A stretch of 64,000 nucleotides of DNA from IMG/VR virus record IMGVR_UViG_3300025789_000018; one strand, 5' to 3'. This DNA is from a virus. Lineage: Duplodnaviria; Caudoviricetes. The translations under genes and the position numbers were made by a program. Position 1 is the first letter of the stretch, and each line of letters starts with the position of its first letter. Below, in pieces: positions 10,193-20,252 of this stretch. The notes beneath the pieces are model-generated. The model worked only from the letters and a program-made list of their open reading frames with translations. It did not search any database and was not told the DNA's origin.

Positions 10193-10936
10193 TTATATAA
10201 AGCAAGACAAGTTAAGTTTGTTCTCTTGTATCTTTACTGACTTACCATCAACAGGCGCAATGTTGTAAGTAGACTTTGATGATATAGAGAACTGCATTTC
10301 AAAAGTAAACTGATAGTTATCAGATCCCTTATATTGAACTCTTGCTCTATATGTTGCTTTTGCTGAAGAACCAAATCTTGGAACATCTTTTAGTCCTAAT
10401 GGATTTCTAGATCCCATCAGATAAAATCCGTGTGTTCCCACATTAACATAGTATGTGTTTTTCTTATTATAATACTGTTCGATTTTACTGGCAGGTATTT
10501 CGCCCCTTATATCTTTGAAGGTGTCGCGGTCTCTTTCGTATACTTGCTTCTTTGATAGTTTACCGGCAGTGGCCATCCAGAGAGCATCTTTGTCTCTTTT
10601 ATAAGGAACTTCTTTCCAATATTGTTTGATTAGATCGAAAAGTTTAATATCATTTGCTAGATTTTTTATGAAAATCTTTTCTTCATCTTGCTCAGATATA
10701 TCAGAAAAACCCCAAGGATTTGATTTATTGTTTGAGTTGTACTTTAAAACCAAAGAACCAGCCGATGCAGCAGAAATCTTCAACTCACATCCTGCTTCTT
10801 TACCTTTATAGAGAAGCATTAGATCGGGTTGATTGTGTCCGGCACCGGCTGGTCTGAAGTTACTAGGCACAAATCCATATTTTTTCAACAGATCACATGC
10901 ATTTATTTCGTATTGAAATCCCTGTTGGGCCACCAT
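10193..10936 (-). CDS. PD-(D/E)XK restriction-like endonuclease
   Basis: GFQYE...QPDL...GCELK motif; AT-rich; SD in a hairpin (CTCCT-aaa-AGGAG). Confidence 0.65.
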   Translation of the reverse strand: MVAQQGFQYEINACDLLKKYGFVPSNFRPAGAGHNQPDLMLLYKGKEAGCELKISAASAGSLVLKYNSNNKSNPWGFSDISEQDEEKIFIKNLANDIKLFDLIKQYWKEVPYKRDKDALWMATAGKLSKKQVYERDRDTFKDIRGEIPASKIEQYYNKKNTYYVNVGTHGFYLMGSRNPLGLKDVPRFGSSAKATYRARVQYKGSDNYQFTFEMQFSISSKSTYNIAPVDGKSVKIQENKLNLSCFI

Positions 10937-10958
10937 GTCATTCTCCTTTTAGGAGTAT

Positions 10959-11495
10959 TTATGACATCCAATCTGGTGCATCACGCTTAGTCCACTTGTG
11001 AAGATTTGCTTTACCAATCTTGTAGTATTCGCGATAGTTCAATACAGGATCATCTGACACTTTGTATTCGTCTGGCATACAGCAAGGCATTGGAGTCCAG
11101 TCCCATTCTTTCAACTTGTAAGGTGGAGACTGCAACTGATAACCAAGCTTTTCGATTGTCGAATGCTTCTTGCCGTAACGATAAGTGTACTCATCACCAA
11201 GAGCAAACATGTGGTCAACAAGCCAGTTGTAGTTTTCTACCGACTGTCGCACCCACACAGCAGAAGGGTGATTGATATGACTAGCAGAATACAAAACATC
11301 TTGACGACCATCATTTAATCGCCAACGCTTTGCTTTACGACCAGTTTTAGATTCACCAACATACTCATCACCGTCAAGAATGCGATGTGCAGTAGACAAC
11401 AGTTGTGCCGTCTCAACGATCATCTTGACGCAATGTTTATCAACAAGACATTGTGCAGCGATGATGGGATCTTGATCCACATAGAAGATATTCAC
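10959..11495 (-). CDS. Pyrimidine-dimer DNA glycosylase-like protein (DenV superfamily)
   Basis: MNIFYVD..PIIAAQCLVDKHCVKMIVETAQLLSTAH; HINHPSAVWVRQS. Confidence 0.75.
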   Translation of the reverse strand: MNIFYVDQDPIIAAQCLVDKHCVKMIVETAQLLSTAHRILDGDEYVGESKTGRKAKRWRLNDGRQDVLYSASHINHPSAVWVRQSVENYNWLVDHMFALGDEYTYRYGKKHSTIEKLGYQLQSPPYKLKEWDWTPMPCCMPDEYKVSDDPVLNYREYYKIGKANLHKWTKRDAPDWMS

Positions 11496-11678
11496 TTACA
11501 GAGACCTTTCGTACATCTTGTATACGCAATGTGTAACAAAAATAAACCAAACTGTCAAGAGAAAAGGCAGGGCGATATCAGGATATTTGAAGCACAATAA
11601 AAAAACAAGAACCATAGCAATGATGAACAACCAAAACTTTATGGTTGCAAGTGCTGCTTTCTTATTGATCTTCATCAT
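11496..11678 (-). CDS. Small membrane protein
   Basis: Two hydrophobic segments; start MMKINKK. Confidence 0.5.
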   Translation of the reverse strand: MMKINKKAALATIKFWLFIIAMVLVFLLCFKYPDIALPFLLTVWFIFVTHCVYKMYERSL

Positions 11679-11847
11679 ACTTCCAGTCACCGTTCTCATC
11701 TGTGTAACCATACTGTTCAAGCAGAAATGCTGCGTCTTCAGGATCACCACCGGTGATTAAGCAATAGATAGCATAAGCCAGTTCGACAGCTTCTCCAGTT
11801 TTCGCAAGAGCGATATCTAGTGTTTTATCAGAAAAGTTATCAGGCAT
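11662..11847 (-). CDS. Hypothetical acidic protein
   Basis: Co-oriented ORF in gene-dense run. Confidence 0.5.
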   Translation of the reverse strand: MPDNFSDKTLDIALAKTGEAVELAYAIYCLITGGDPEDAAFLLEQYGYTDENGDWKYDEDQ

Positions 11848-12012
11848 CTGGTGGTTCCTCGCCTACTTCTGCATTACGGGAACAATATTTGTGAACCTTC
11901 TCTTCATCGTATTCTGGGCACCAAGTTTTAAAGTATAGTCGCCAGCGATTATAAAGTGCCTTCTCTTGTGAGGTTGGCTTACGCACATGCAACATTTCTG
12001 ACCAGTCAATCA

Positions 12013-12630
12013 TTAGTTTGGTCCACTTCCATTACCCCAAGCCCTAGCAACAGGTGCATAACCAGTATCAGCCCAACGCTTCTGAATACGTGCTTCCACT
12101 TCTTCAAAAGACAGCGGTTCATAGTTGGTGTGTTCAACAGAGACACACAGGTAGCGAGGATCAGGTTCACGCGCCAGCGTATTCATGGCATTTAGTGGAC
12201 GCCACTGCACCTCATTCGCATGAAGGTGTCCATGCACATTGACACGGAATCGACCAGACACACAATCAGGATGCAGCGGAATATGGCTCAAAATGAACTG
12301 GTCCACAAACACCCGAACACCATACAGTGTATCAAAGCCAACATCACGGTAATCCTGATTCTTAAAGATATCATGATTGCCGAGAATCAAACGCTTCTTA
12401 CCGTTCAGGCGCTTGACATGATGCAACGACTTGCGATTGATAACAACATCGCCCAGATGATACACCGTGTCATTAGGACCGACCTTAGCGTTCCAACGCT
12501 CTACCATCGCTTCATCCATTTCCTCAGTGGAAGTGAACGAGCGCAGCGGATCGCCGTTTGGTAGCTTGAACTTTTCCCACGAGTTGGTGTGCCCAAAGTG
12601 AGTGTCAGAGATTACAAAACGATTGGACAT
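12013..12630 (-). CDS. Calcineurin-like metallophosphoesterase
   Basis: SDTHFGH, HLGD, LGNHD, SH.P, HGHLH motifs. Confidence 0.9.
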   Translation of the reverse strand: MSNRFVISDTHFGHTNSWEKFKLPNGDPLRSFTSTEEMDEAMVERWNAKVGPNDTVYHLGDVVINRKSLHHVKRLNGKKRLILGNHDIFKNQDYRDVGFDTLYGVRVFVDQFILSHIPLHPDCVSGRFRVNVHGHLHANEVQWRPLNAMNTLAREPDPRYLCVSVEHTNYEPLSFEEVEARIQKRWADTGYAPVARAWGNGSGPN

Positions 12631-12850
12631 ATTTTATACTCAATGAATAAGGTGATAGTTGTTTATCACAACAAGTCCGCCAGAAACAGACAGAATCAGA
12701 AACAGAATCTTGAGGCTCAAGTTAAACAAATCTCCTCGACGCCAAATGATGAACATAAAAATATTGACGATAACTGAGGCGATAATATAGAAATCAAACA
12801 TTGTCAGTCTCCTTGTTACTCATTCCTTATAACTCAGATCCGAAAAAATG

Positions 12851-13336
12851 TCAAGAAGAAATATCGATTTTAGAAAATCCCTCAGACAATGTTGGCTGTT
12901 GCATAGATTGTACCATACTGTCAAGAACAGTTTGGGGAATGTTTTTGCCAGGGCGACTGTTCAACCTACGTTCCCATTCTTCTTTCTCAGGAGTAGGAAA
13001 CACAACCGCTTCAATCTCATAACCATGATTAGGATGAAAGTTCTTAAGACGATCAAAGAACTTCTTACGAACCTTAGCGTTCAGGTTGGTACGATCAATA
13101 ACAATGGGATACTGCTTTGTTTCCACAGCACGATCAAACTCTTCCCACATGATACGTTCAGCAGCTTTGATGCTGTTAGCCCAAACATCATTATAGGTCT
13201 TGCCTGCGGCTTCTGCGATTTCTTCAACAATGTTATCGGTAGAGATAACAACACATTCGCCTTGAAACTCTTTTTCAATCCAAGTGGACTTGCCAGAAGC
13301 AGGAACACCAACGAGCATGATAATACGCTTAGTCAT
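12851..13336 (-). CDS. P-loop polynucleotide-kinase-like protein
   Basis: GVPASGKST Walker A, STD, VIDRTNL, RLNSR. Confidence 0.8.
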   Translation of the reverse strand: MTKRIIMLVGVPASGKSTWIEKEFQGECVVISTDNIVEEIAEAAGKTYNDVWANSIKAAERIMWEEFDRAVETKQYPIVIDRTNLNAKVRKKFFDRLKNFHPNHGYEIEAVVFPTPEKEEWERRLNSRPGKNIPQTVLDSMVQSMQQPTLSEGFSKIDISS

Positions 13337-13528
13337 CTCGAATCACTCCATCTATCTGCTACATTTTCAATATAGCTGATTATGAAAAAATGTCAATCGT
13401 TATTTTCCAACCGCTGCTTGATGGCAGCAATCACATCATCAAGGCATTCGTGCGAATCGGTGCCGTCTAACTCAAGCATGGCCTTTGCCCAATCAAGGTC
13501 ATCAAGCGCCATTTCCAAAAGTTCACGA

Positions 13529-14782
13529 TCAGTCATTGTACTTCACTCCCGGAAACCAAGCATCACGGATCGCTTCATACTTTGCCGTGCGACCAAGGTT
13601 ATTACGGATCGTTTTGCGAACGTCTTCGCCAATCTTCAGACCACTGATAATGTCGTTATCAAAGTTCTTGAAAATAATAGGACGAATGAAAGCATCAACA
13701 CCAACACTGTGCTTCGGATCGATTGCAAACGTTTTACGATCAATACCACGCTCACGGAGATATTCCAGCTTCATACCAATCAGCCTTACGCGACGGGCAA
13801 TATCAAAATGAATATTGCTCTCAAACTGAGTCAGCCGATCACGATCTTCGGCAGGCAGATGAGCCTTGATGTCATCCAGCTTTTCTTCCAGAATCAGTTC
13901 AACGATGTTGCGATCTTGCAGGATAGCTTCCTTCGCCTTGTGAATCTGGAGATACCAATGGCACTTCAACTTCAACATATGACCATCATCAAAACGAACC
14001 ACGAACCCTTCAAGGTCTTCCAGATCGTGGACGTATTCAAGGAAAGCCTTCATATCATTCTGTTCACCATAGTTAGTGAACTCAAATGCACGGACGACAG
14101 GGATATCCCAATCTTCAACATGCAATCGGTTGATACGACCATCACCGAACAGTTTGATATATTCGCCAGTATGCATATCGCGAAGAGCGGTGAGGATCAG
14201 TTGATCTTCCTTGTAGTCCAGAACAATGCGCTGCTTACGCGAACACCATTCAAAGATAGGAGTTACACCGTTGGCAATGCAGGAAGTAGCAAACTTCTCA
14301 TACTGAGGTTTGTTCTTGACGAACTCCTCAACAGGCTTTGCCACGTCGGTAGCACCCATCTTCGTGCCCCAGATCATTTGACCATTCACAATGAACGGAG
14401 CGATCATGGAACCATCCAGCTTCTCAAGGATAGCATGAGGGCGCGACAGATCAATGACATGATCCTGCGTCTCCTCACGCTCGTTCACATTGAAGAACTT
14501 ATGGAACGGGCGACGAATGATATAACCAGTTTCAGTATCAAAGATGATACCACGACATTCACGACGGATTGCTGCGGTGGGATCGTACTCACCAAAAGCA
14601 ATACGATTGAGAGGCTCCTGCCACTTCATATCAACTGGCACATCAGGAAACGTATCGGACATCATCACGTTGTAGTTGATGACCGTGTAGCCTTCCTTCT
14701 CAGCCACAACGAACTCGTAACGACCTTCAATAGCAGGCAGCACATCAGCGATGTTGGTGATGTGAGGAAACTCATAGTTCAT
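13529..14782 (-). CDS. RNA ligase 1 (T4 Rnl1 family)
   Basis: RECRGIIF, RRPFHKFFNVNE, EKLDGSMI, IFEWCS, EGFVV, LKLKCHWY. Confidence 0.9.
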   Translation of the reverse strand: MNYEFPHITNIADVLPAIEGRYEFVVAEKEGYTVINYNVMMSDTFPDVPVDMKWQEPLNRIAFGEYDPTAAIRRECRGIIFDTETGYIIRRPFHKFFNVNEREETQDHVIDLSRPHAILEKLDGSMIAPFIVNGQMIWGTKMGATDVAKPVEEFVKNKPQYEKFATSCIANGVTPIFEWCSRKQRIVLDYKEDQLILTALRDMHTGEYIKLFGDGRINRLHVEDWDIPVVRAFEFTNYGEQNDMKAFLEYVHDLEDLEGFVVRFDDGHMLKLKCHWYLQIHKAKEAILQDRNIVELILEEKLDDIKAHLPAEDRDRLTQFESNIHFDIARRVRLIGMKLEYLRERGIDRKTFAIDPKHSVGVDAFIRPIIFKNFDNDIISGLKIGEDVRKTIRNNLGRTAKYEAIRDAWFPGVKYND

Positions 14783-14835
14783 TGTTCAATCTTTCACTCT
14801 GCTACATTCTCACCATACACGATTCGTATTAAATG

Positions 14836-15945
14836 TCAAGAGGCATTATACCGCTGGATATACCATGGGCGTGCTACATTCGCAATAGCAGATCCCAGCT
14901 TCTTGGTATCAATCTGATTCGCAACGATGGTATCAGCTTCTTCCTTGACGACATCATTGTAGACCCAACGGATAAAATCGCCGAGAGACTTCATATCAAA
15001 GGGCAGCAGTTGTTCGCGAACCAGATTGTCTAGACCCTGTTCAAGACGCGATTCAGTGACAACTGATTCGATGAAAGCCTTCATGTTCTCTACTGCTTCA
15101 ACATCAACAGCAGCAAGAGTCTTGACCTTCGAAGAAGAATGCTTTTCGCCCTTGACTTTAAACCAAGTGCCCGAGTCGTTATAACCAGGAGTGACGCAAG
15201 TCCACACAACACCTTCGCCAATGCCGCTAACACCAAAGTGCTTACCGACAGGGCATTCGGCTTCAACAGCTTCCGTGATTTCGATCATCTTGTTCTGAGC
15301 GATTTCAGGAAAGTTGAAGTCAATGTCGATTTCGTAGGTAGGAAACTCATTGATCCAGTAAATATTAGGGACAGCCCGTTGACTCACTTCAATGAAACTT
15401 GGCATGTTTGCCCAGACAGAATCATCATCTGCATACATTTCTTTATATGCAAACACAACAAACATCTTGTCCAGACCAGTAAGAGCAACACCCTTTTGGA
15501 TATTACCACCGCACCATTCACCAAACAAAACTAGTTTTGTTGGCATTTTATTGGTCTTGCGCGGAGCAAACTGTTCCATAAGACCGTTGTGGAAACATGC
15601 TTCAAAATACTGAATAAAGATTGATTCGTGACTCTTAGCCCAAAGCATGAAGCCAGCATTGTCAGAAGTCAGCGACAGTTCACGTTCACGCGACTGATAG
15701 CTAATAGTGTCGGTGGCAACGTCATACACGATACCCGCGTTGGTACCATGCAGCTTGACAGTACCACGAAACTTCAGCGTAGGAAGCGGGCGAGAATGAT
15801 CATACACAGCATTGCCATCAGCATCCTTGCCAGCATACCGCGTATGGTTCTTGACATGATGAATCGTGGAACGGAACTGTTCAATAGAGGGAAACCTAAT
15901 CAAGTGCAATCTCCTTTTCTTTGCATGGCATATCTTCCGCACCAA
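14836..15945 (-). CDS. RNA ligase 2-family protein
   Basis: TVKLHGTNAGI motif I, LFGEWCGGNIQKG, GEGVVW, FKVKGEKH; true start may be a downstream TTG. Confidence 0.85.
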   Translation of the reverse strand: MVRKICHAKKRRLHLIRFPSIEQFRSTIHHVKNHTRYAGKDADGNAVYDHSRPLPTLKFRGTVKLHGTNAGIVYDVATDTISYQSRERELSLTSDNAGFMLWAKSHESIFIQYFEACFHNGLMEQFAPRKTNKMPTKLVLFGEWCGGNIQKGVALTGLDKMFVVFAYKEMYADDDSVWANMPSFIEVSQRAVPNIYWINEFPTYEIDIDFNFPEIAQNKMIEITEAVEAECPVGKHFGVSGIGEGVVWTCVTPGYNDSGTWFKVKGEKHSSSKVKTLAAVDVEAVENMKAFIESVVTESRLEQGLDNLVREQLLPFDMKSLGDFIRWVYNDVVKEEADTIVANQIDTKKLGSAIANVARPWYIQRYNAS

Positions 15946-16087
15946 AATCTACGATATAAGGAAAGGGAAGATAATCTTCCAGAACATCAACCACTGTTCC
16001 TACTTGATTTTCGTTAACAAGTCCAATATCTCGCGTGGCATACACCCTATCACCAATCTTAAACATAATCTTCTTCCTCATCTTCAA
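15896..16087 (-). CDS. Small hypothetical protein
   Basis: FKIGDRV..GTVVDV, SH3-like pattern. Confidence 0.5.
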   Translation of the reverse strand: MKMRKKIMFKIGDRVYATRDIGLVNENQVGTVVDVLEDYLPFPYIVDFGAEDMPCKEKEIALD

Positions 16088-16226
16088 TCAAGAAACCTTC
16101 ACCACCACAAACGACGCAAGTTTCACCATATTCTACACCACTGCCACCACAGACCATACAATCAATAGGATTGCAGCCACGACGACCATACGCATCTTCA
16201 TACACATCAGGATCAATCATAAAGAC

Positions 16227-16457
16227 TCACTTATAAAGTTCAAGAGGATGAACGACCGTCAGTTCTTCTTTGACATATAGCCAGAAGGGTTCAGGAAAAG
16301 GCGGAGCATATTCACGCCCATAGAACACTTTGATCAACTTGCCATCGACATCGGCGACAACACCAACGCGATCCTTGTTGGGCCAAATGCACGAGCGGAC
16401 CGAATCACCAACTTTAATCATAAAAAATCTTCCTTTCGCTGTCTGATAACTCATCAT
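16227..16457 (-). CDS. Small hypothetical protein
   Basis: IKVGDSV..GVVADV, SH3-like pattern. Confidence 0.5.
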   Translation of the reverse strand: MMSYQTAKGRFFMIKVGDSVRSCIWPNKDRVGVVADVDGKLIKVFYGREYAPPFPEPFWLYVKEELTVVHPLELYK

Positions 16458-16499
16458 ATCAAAAGGGAGATAAATGTCAACCAGTTTTTTCAGAAAAAA

Positions 16500-16811
16500 T
16501 CAGATATCGTCCAGATCGATAGCCTTGATGCCTGGATACTCTACATGATTGATTTGTTGGAACTTTTGTTCATCTGGCCATGCAGATAGGTAATCGTTAT
16601 CCTCGTTGAAGACCTTAAGATATTCTTCAGGAGAAACTTCGCGTCCACTAGAGATAACCTCACCGATATGATATTGTGACATTTCACGCCAGTCATCATC
16701 ATAGATTTCTGTCTTTACCGCTACTTCATTCTTAGCATCTTCAAGAGTATGTGCTTCTACCGCATAACGCATACGATGTGAAGAAACAGTTTCAATAATA
16801 AAGATTGCCAT
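16500..16811 (-). CDS. Conserved hypothetical protein
   Basis: VETVSSHRMRYAVEA..EMSQYHIGE pattern; co-oriented. Confidence 0.6.
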   Translation of the reverse strand: MAIFIIETVSSHRMRYAVEAHTLEDAKNEVAVKTEIYDDDWREMSQYHIGEVISSGREVSPEEYLKVFNEDNDYLSAWPDEQKFQQINHVEYPGIKAIDLDDI

Positions 16812-16813
16812 GA

Positions 16814-17047
16814 TTAATCCTTACTCCAATCTTTACTCACACTCGCACGAGTAACAAGAAGCGATACTAGAATGGAGATGCCCCAAGCTTGGATCCAACC
16901 AATAGGTCGCAAAATAGTCATAGCAGGAACAAGATCAGCATTCCATAGCCACATAACAGGCCATGACATCAACAGACCATAAGCACAACCGAGAACGATA
17001 GTGCCAAAAACAGTAAACAAACCAATAATAAACTTATCCATAATCAT
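16814..17047 (-). CDS. Small membrane protein
   Basis: Hydrophobic; PVMWLWN..IGWIQAWG. Confidence 0.55.
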   Translation of the reverse strand: MIMDKFIIGLFTVFGTIVLGCAYGLLMSWPVMWLWNADLVPAMTILRPIGWIQAWGISILVSLLVTRASVSKDWSKD

Positions 17048-17580
17048 TACCTTCCATAAAAAACAGTTTTAGCGTTTGTTGTATTTGTAAACAGATACCA
17101 AGCACAGTTGTCTTTCCCGCTTGTCTTGCTTCCCTCAATCCACTTTACACGACCCACAGATACAACCATTTCGCAGCGTTTCATCAGCGCGGATGATTGC
17201 TTGGTGTGCATCCAGTCTGCATCAAACAGCAGCCAAGTGGGAAGTTGATTGCTGAAGTGTTCGATCATGGGATGAAGAATCTTGCGATCCCAAGGTGGAT
17301 TGGTGATGATGTAATCTATATTCCATCCATAATATACTGGATTGAACTGAATATCAAGAGCATTTGACTGTAGAATCCACTGTTCTTGTGGTTCAATGTC
17401 CCATGCTTCAATACAAGTATGATTGTGATAATCAAGATGATCAATCAATCTGCCATCGCCAGCGCATGGTTCATAGAAGTTAGAATACTTCTTCAGATGT
17501 GGCAACAGAGGCAGAACGGCTTCCATCGGAGTAGGATAGAAGTCACGTTCTACTCTGTCAAAGTCACTTCGTTTACCCAT
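17047..17580 (-). CDS. DNA N6-adenine methyltransferase-like protein
   Basis: DFYPTP, EPCAGDG (motif I), IITNPPW (motif IV). Confidence 0.8.
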   Translation of the reverse strand: MGKRSDFDRVERDFYPTPMEAVLPLLPHLKKYSNFYEPCAGDGRLIDHLDYHNHTCIEAWDIEPQEQWILQSNALDIQFNPVYYGWNIDYIITNPPWDRKILHPMIEHFSNQLPTWLLFDADWMHTKQSSALMKRCEMVVSVGRVKWIEGSKTSGKDNCAWYLFTNTTNAKTVFYGR

Positions 17581-17990
17581 TATAACCACTCATAACCTTC
17601 GTCCTCTAATGTATAACAAACATGCTTGATATCAAACGCTGCAATAGCGCGCATACAGCCTTCACACGGCTTAGCCAATCCCTGAGTGATCATAGGTTTC
17701 TTGCTATGTGTCCACTTACACCGATAGATGTAGAGTTTGGATTTAGCCACGGTATCAGCATCATGCCTACGCAGTGCGTTAGCGATTGCATCTATTTCTG
17801 CATGGAGATATATAGCTTCTTCATGTTTTGCATATCTGCCTTGAAGTGGATGCGTTTTGTTCTTGTTAGTGCCAATCGCGATGATTTCGTTTTTGTAAAC
17901 GAGAGCAGCGGCTATCTTGGCCCTAGCAAACGGTTCCGAGGCTTCAGCAACCTTGCTGAGGACCTTCATAATCTTCATCGAAATCTTCAT
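17580..17990 (-). CDS. Zinc-dependent cytidine/dCMP deaminase-like protein
   Basis: HAEIDAI and KPCEGC. Confidence 0.8.
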   Translation of the reverse strand: MKISMKIMKVLSKVAEASEPFARAKIAAALVYKNEIIAIGTNKNKTHPLQGRYAKHEEAIYLHAEIDAIANALRRHDADTVAKSKLYIYRCKWTHSKKPMITQGLAKPCEGCMRAIAAFDIKHVCYTLEDEGYEWL

Positions 17991-18107
17991 CGAGAATCAA
18001 CACCCAACCGCGAATAGGATCATAATATGTAATATTGTCAAGTAGATCATATACTTCTGAGAAGTGTGTTAGTGCTTCAAAGGATGAGAATGATTTTTCC
18101 GTTTCCA

Positions 18108-18509
18108 TCAAGCAACACTCCAATCATAGTCATCTTGTGTCATGACAGTTTCATTACCATCATACTCATCAATACGATACAGAGTACCAGCAGGAAGTTC
18201 TTTGATCAGCAGCTTGGCGTAAATATCATTAGCAGCATCACCAAGTTCTTCTACAACCTGAACCAAAGCAGGATCGGTACGACTAATACTACGGTCGCTG
18301 AAAGTTAGTTCATCCGAACGGCGGTAGTCACGTTCTTTATGGCATTCCTCATAGATACGTTCCCATTCTTCCAAAGGAACAGTAGTATACGAATAACCCC
18401 AGCTACGATGATCGTACAGAGTGATTCCCTTGATTTCAGCATAACGCATAACAGCCTCATGCGATAGACCGAAACCACCATAGGAAGAGTTGTAAACAAT
18501 CTTAGTCAT
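18108..18509 (-). CDS. Conserved phage hypothetical protein
   Basis: YGGFGLS...RTDPALVQVVEELG...YRIDEYDGNE. Confidence 0.65.
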   Translation of the reverse strand: MTKIVYNSSYGGFGLSHEAVMRYAEIKGITLYDHRSWGYSYTTVPLEEWERIYEECHKERDYRRSDELTFSDRSISRTDPALVQVVEELGDAANDIYAKLLIKELPAGTLYRIDEYDGNETVMTQDDYDWSVA

Positions 18510-18510
18510 T

Positions 18511-18747
18511 TCACTTAGCCTTTCGGATGAGACGCGCAACGTCTTTGTCAAGAAAATCACCAGTAGTGTACCAAACACGCGATGCAACGCAGTCAGTCAC
18601 GGCCAGAGCGCATATGTCAGCGTTCGGGCATGTATCGCAGGGAATATCGCGAACGTTCTCTGGAGTGTTTAGGATCATCTTGGAAGCAGTGCAGACACCG
18701 TTCATGAAAGATGTGTCTGTTGAAACTGAAAAATAATCTGCGTTCAT
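18511..18747 (-). CDS. Small Cys-rich early protein
   Basis: PCDTCP..C..C; directly downstream of promoter at 18783-18801. Confidence 0.55.
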   Translation of the reverse strand: MNADYFSVSTDTSFMNGVCTASKMILNTPENVRDIPCDTCPNADICALAVTDCVASRVWYTTGDFLDKDVARLIRKAK

Positions 18748-18813
18748 GACAATCTCCGTTTTCTATTATGTATACCTAGCACGATTCGCGATTAATGTCA
18801 ACCGTATTTTCGA

Positions 18814-19014
18814 TCATCGAAAAGATTTTCGATCTGACTCACCATAAAAGCCAGCATCATATTCGTTAATCTGCTCTGGGGTCATATCAGACTTTTCCAC
18901 AAGAGGTGATGCATACGTAGCTTTTTCATAAAAGTGTGGCTTGTAGGGGCGACCATAATAGGCATCAGCACTACCACGATCATAAGGACCACCGTGACGA
19001 TGATTAAAAGACAT
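18814..19014 (-). CDS. Conserved hypothetical protein
   Basis: RHGGPYDRGSADAYYGRP. Confidence 0.6.
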   Translation of the reverse strand: MSFNHRHGGPYDRGSADAYYGRPYKPHFYEKATYASPLVEKSDMTPEQINEYDAGFYGESDRKSFR

Positions 19015-19379
19015 TATTCGCCCTCCACAAGCTTGAAGCCAAACGTATCAACCTCAAAAACTTCACCATCAATGATCATACGGTCACCGACCATAGACGA
19101 GCGATGACCCCACTTTTCGCCGGCGAAACAGTCAAGAGGCTTTACAACAATCACATGAGGATTGAAATCGGGATTCTCATAAAGTTCGCCCTTATAATCG
19201 ATCATTCGTTCCATCGACCAGGAACCACCGATGTTCTGAGTGTGACGATAGGCATATTCCAGAGCGTCTTGTACTCCCATATTATCAAACATGTAGCTTG
19301 ACAGATCAATCGTAGCCATATGCTCAAACCAACGATTGCCGAGACCGTCGCGATCAAAATGAAGAACTTGAACTTCCAT
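19014..19379 (-). CDS. Hypothetical early protein
   Basis: Downstream of promoter at 19421-19439; HRSSMVGD. Confidence 0.6.
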   Translation of the reverse strand: MEVQVLHFDRDGLGNRWFEHMATIDLSSYMFDNMGVQDALEYAYRHTQNIGGSWSMERMIDYKGELYENPDFNPHVIVVKPLDCFAGEKWGHRSSMVGDRMIIDGEVFEVDTFGFKLVEGE

Positions 19380-19690
19380 AACGAATCACCTTTTCTCTTT
19401 GCTACATTCTCACCATACACGATTCGTGAATAATGTCAAACGAAATCTTCGAGAGCCTTGACCTGAATCGGAGTGGCGATGCGAAGAAACTTCCGAATGG
19501 TTTCAGCGGCTAGCGTGTATTCTTGCATTTCTAGAAGTTCCATTTCTAGTAGAAGTTCATTAACGATTTCAGTAACAGTCATTTCAGTTTCCTGTATTAC
19601 ACATGGGTTTGCCGTCACGATCCAGACGAGGAAGCCCATAAAAGATTGTGAATAAAGCCAGAGGAATGCCGGCTGCATATAGAAAAGTTT

Positions 19691-20062
19691 TCATTTACTC
19701 ACCTGTGTAAAAGAAATAGAATCGTATTCGTCATCATTATACCTTTTCGCCCAATCGGACTTCACCTTTTTCCGAAACACAATCTGGTCTTTGTTTTCTT
19801 GATAAAACTTTCGGGCTGCGGCGTCAACACCATAACTGTCTACCGATCGAACTTCAAAGAAGTCCGACACCAGTTGACGGACGTATGTCACCCGAAATGT
19901 CTTCAGTTTCTTCTGCTTCTTGATATGTGCCTTCAGATTATCTTTGGCATCACGACCATTGATAATAGAACAAAAAGTCTTTTCATCAGTGTCAGCTAGT
20001 GGTCCCCATGATTCTGGGGAACGATTTCGTACTTCAACAGTCATATTAATGCAAAATCCCAT
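19691..20062 (-). CDS. Hypothetical protein
   Basis: Co-oriented ORF; start uncertain. Confidence 0.5.
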   Translation of the reverse strand: MGFCINMTVEVRNRSPESWGPLADTDEKTFCSIINGRDAKDNLKAHIKKQKKLKTFRVTYVRQLVSDFFEVRSVDSYGVDAAARKFYQENKDQIVFRKKVKSDWAKRYNDDEYDSISFTQVSK

Positions 20063-20252
20063 ACAAGAGAACTAGGTAGATAATAGCATTGACGGTAACC
20101 AAAGCATTATCTTTCAAATAAATGCCAACAAAAGTCCAGATAAAGGCACCGACCATTCCAAACATCATATCAGCATCGCGATATCCCAATGCTCGACATA
20201 AAACAGAAATTAACACGAACGCGGTACCCAACCACTTATAGAAATTTATCAT
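20046..20252 (-). CDS. Small membrane protein
   Basis: Three hydrophobic segments. Confidence 0.5.
   Translation of the reverse strand: MINFYKWLGTAFVLISVLCRALGYRDADMMFGMVGAFIWTFVGIYLKDNALVTVNAIIYLVLLYGILH

Noticed and set aside
13382-14917. 511-aa plus-strand ORF
   Set aside because: Antisense shadow of the well-supported Rnl1 gene; no motifs. The same applies to most short plus-strand ORFs over core genes.
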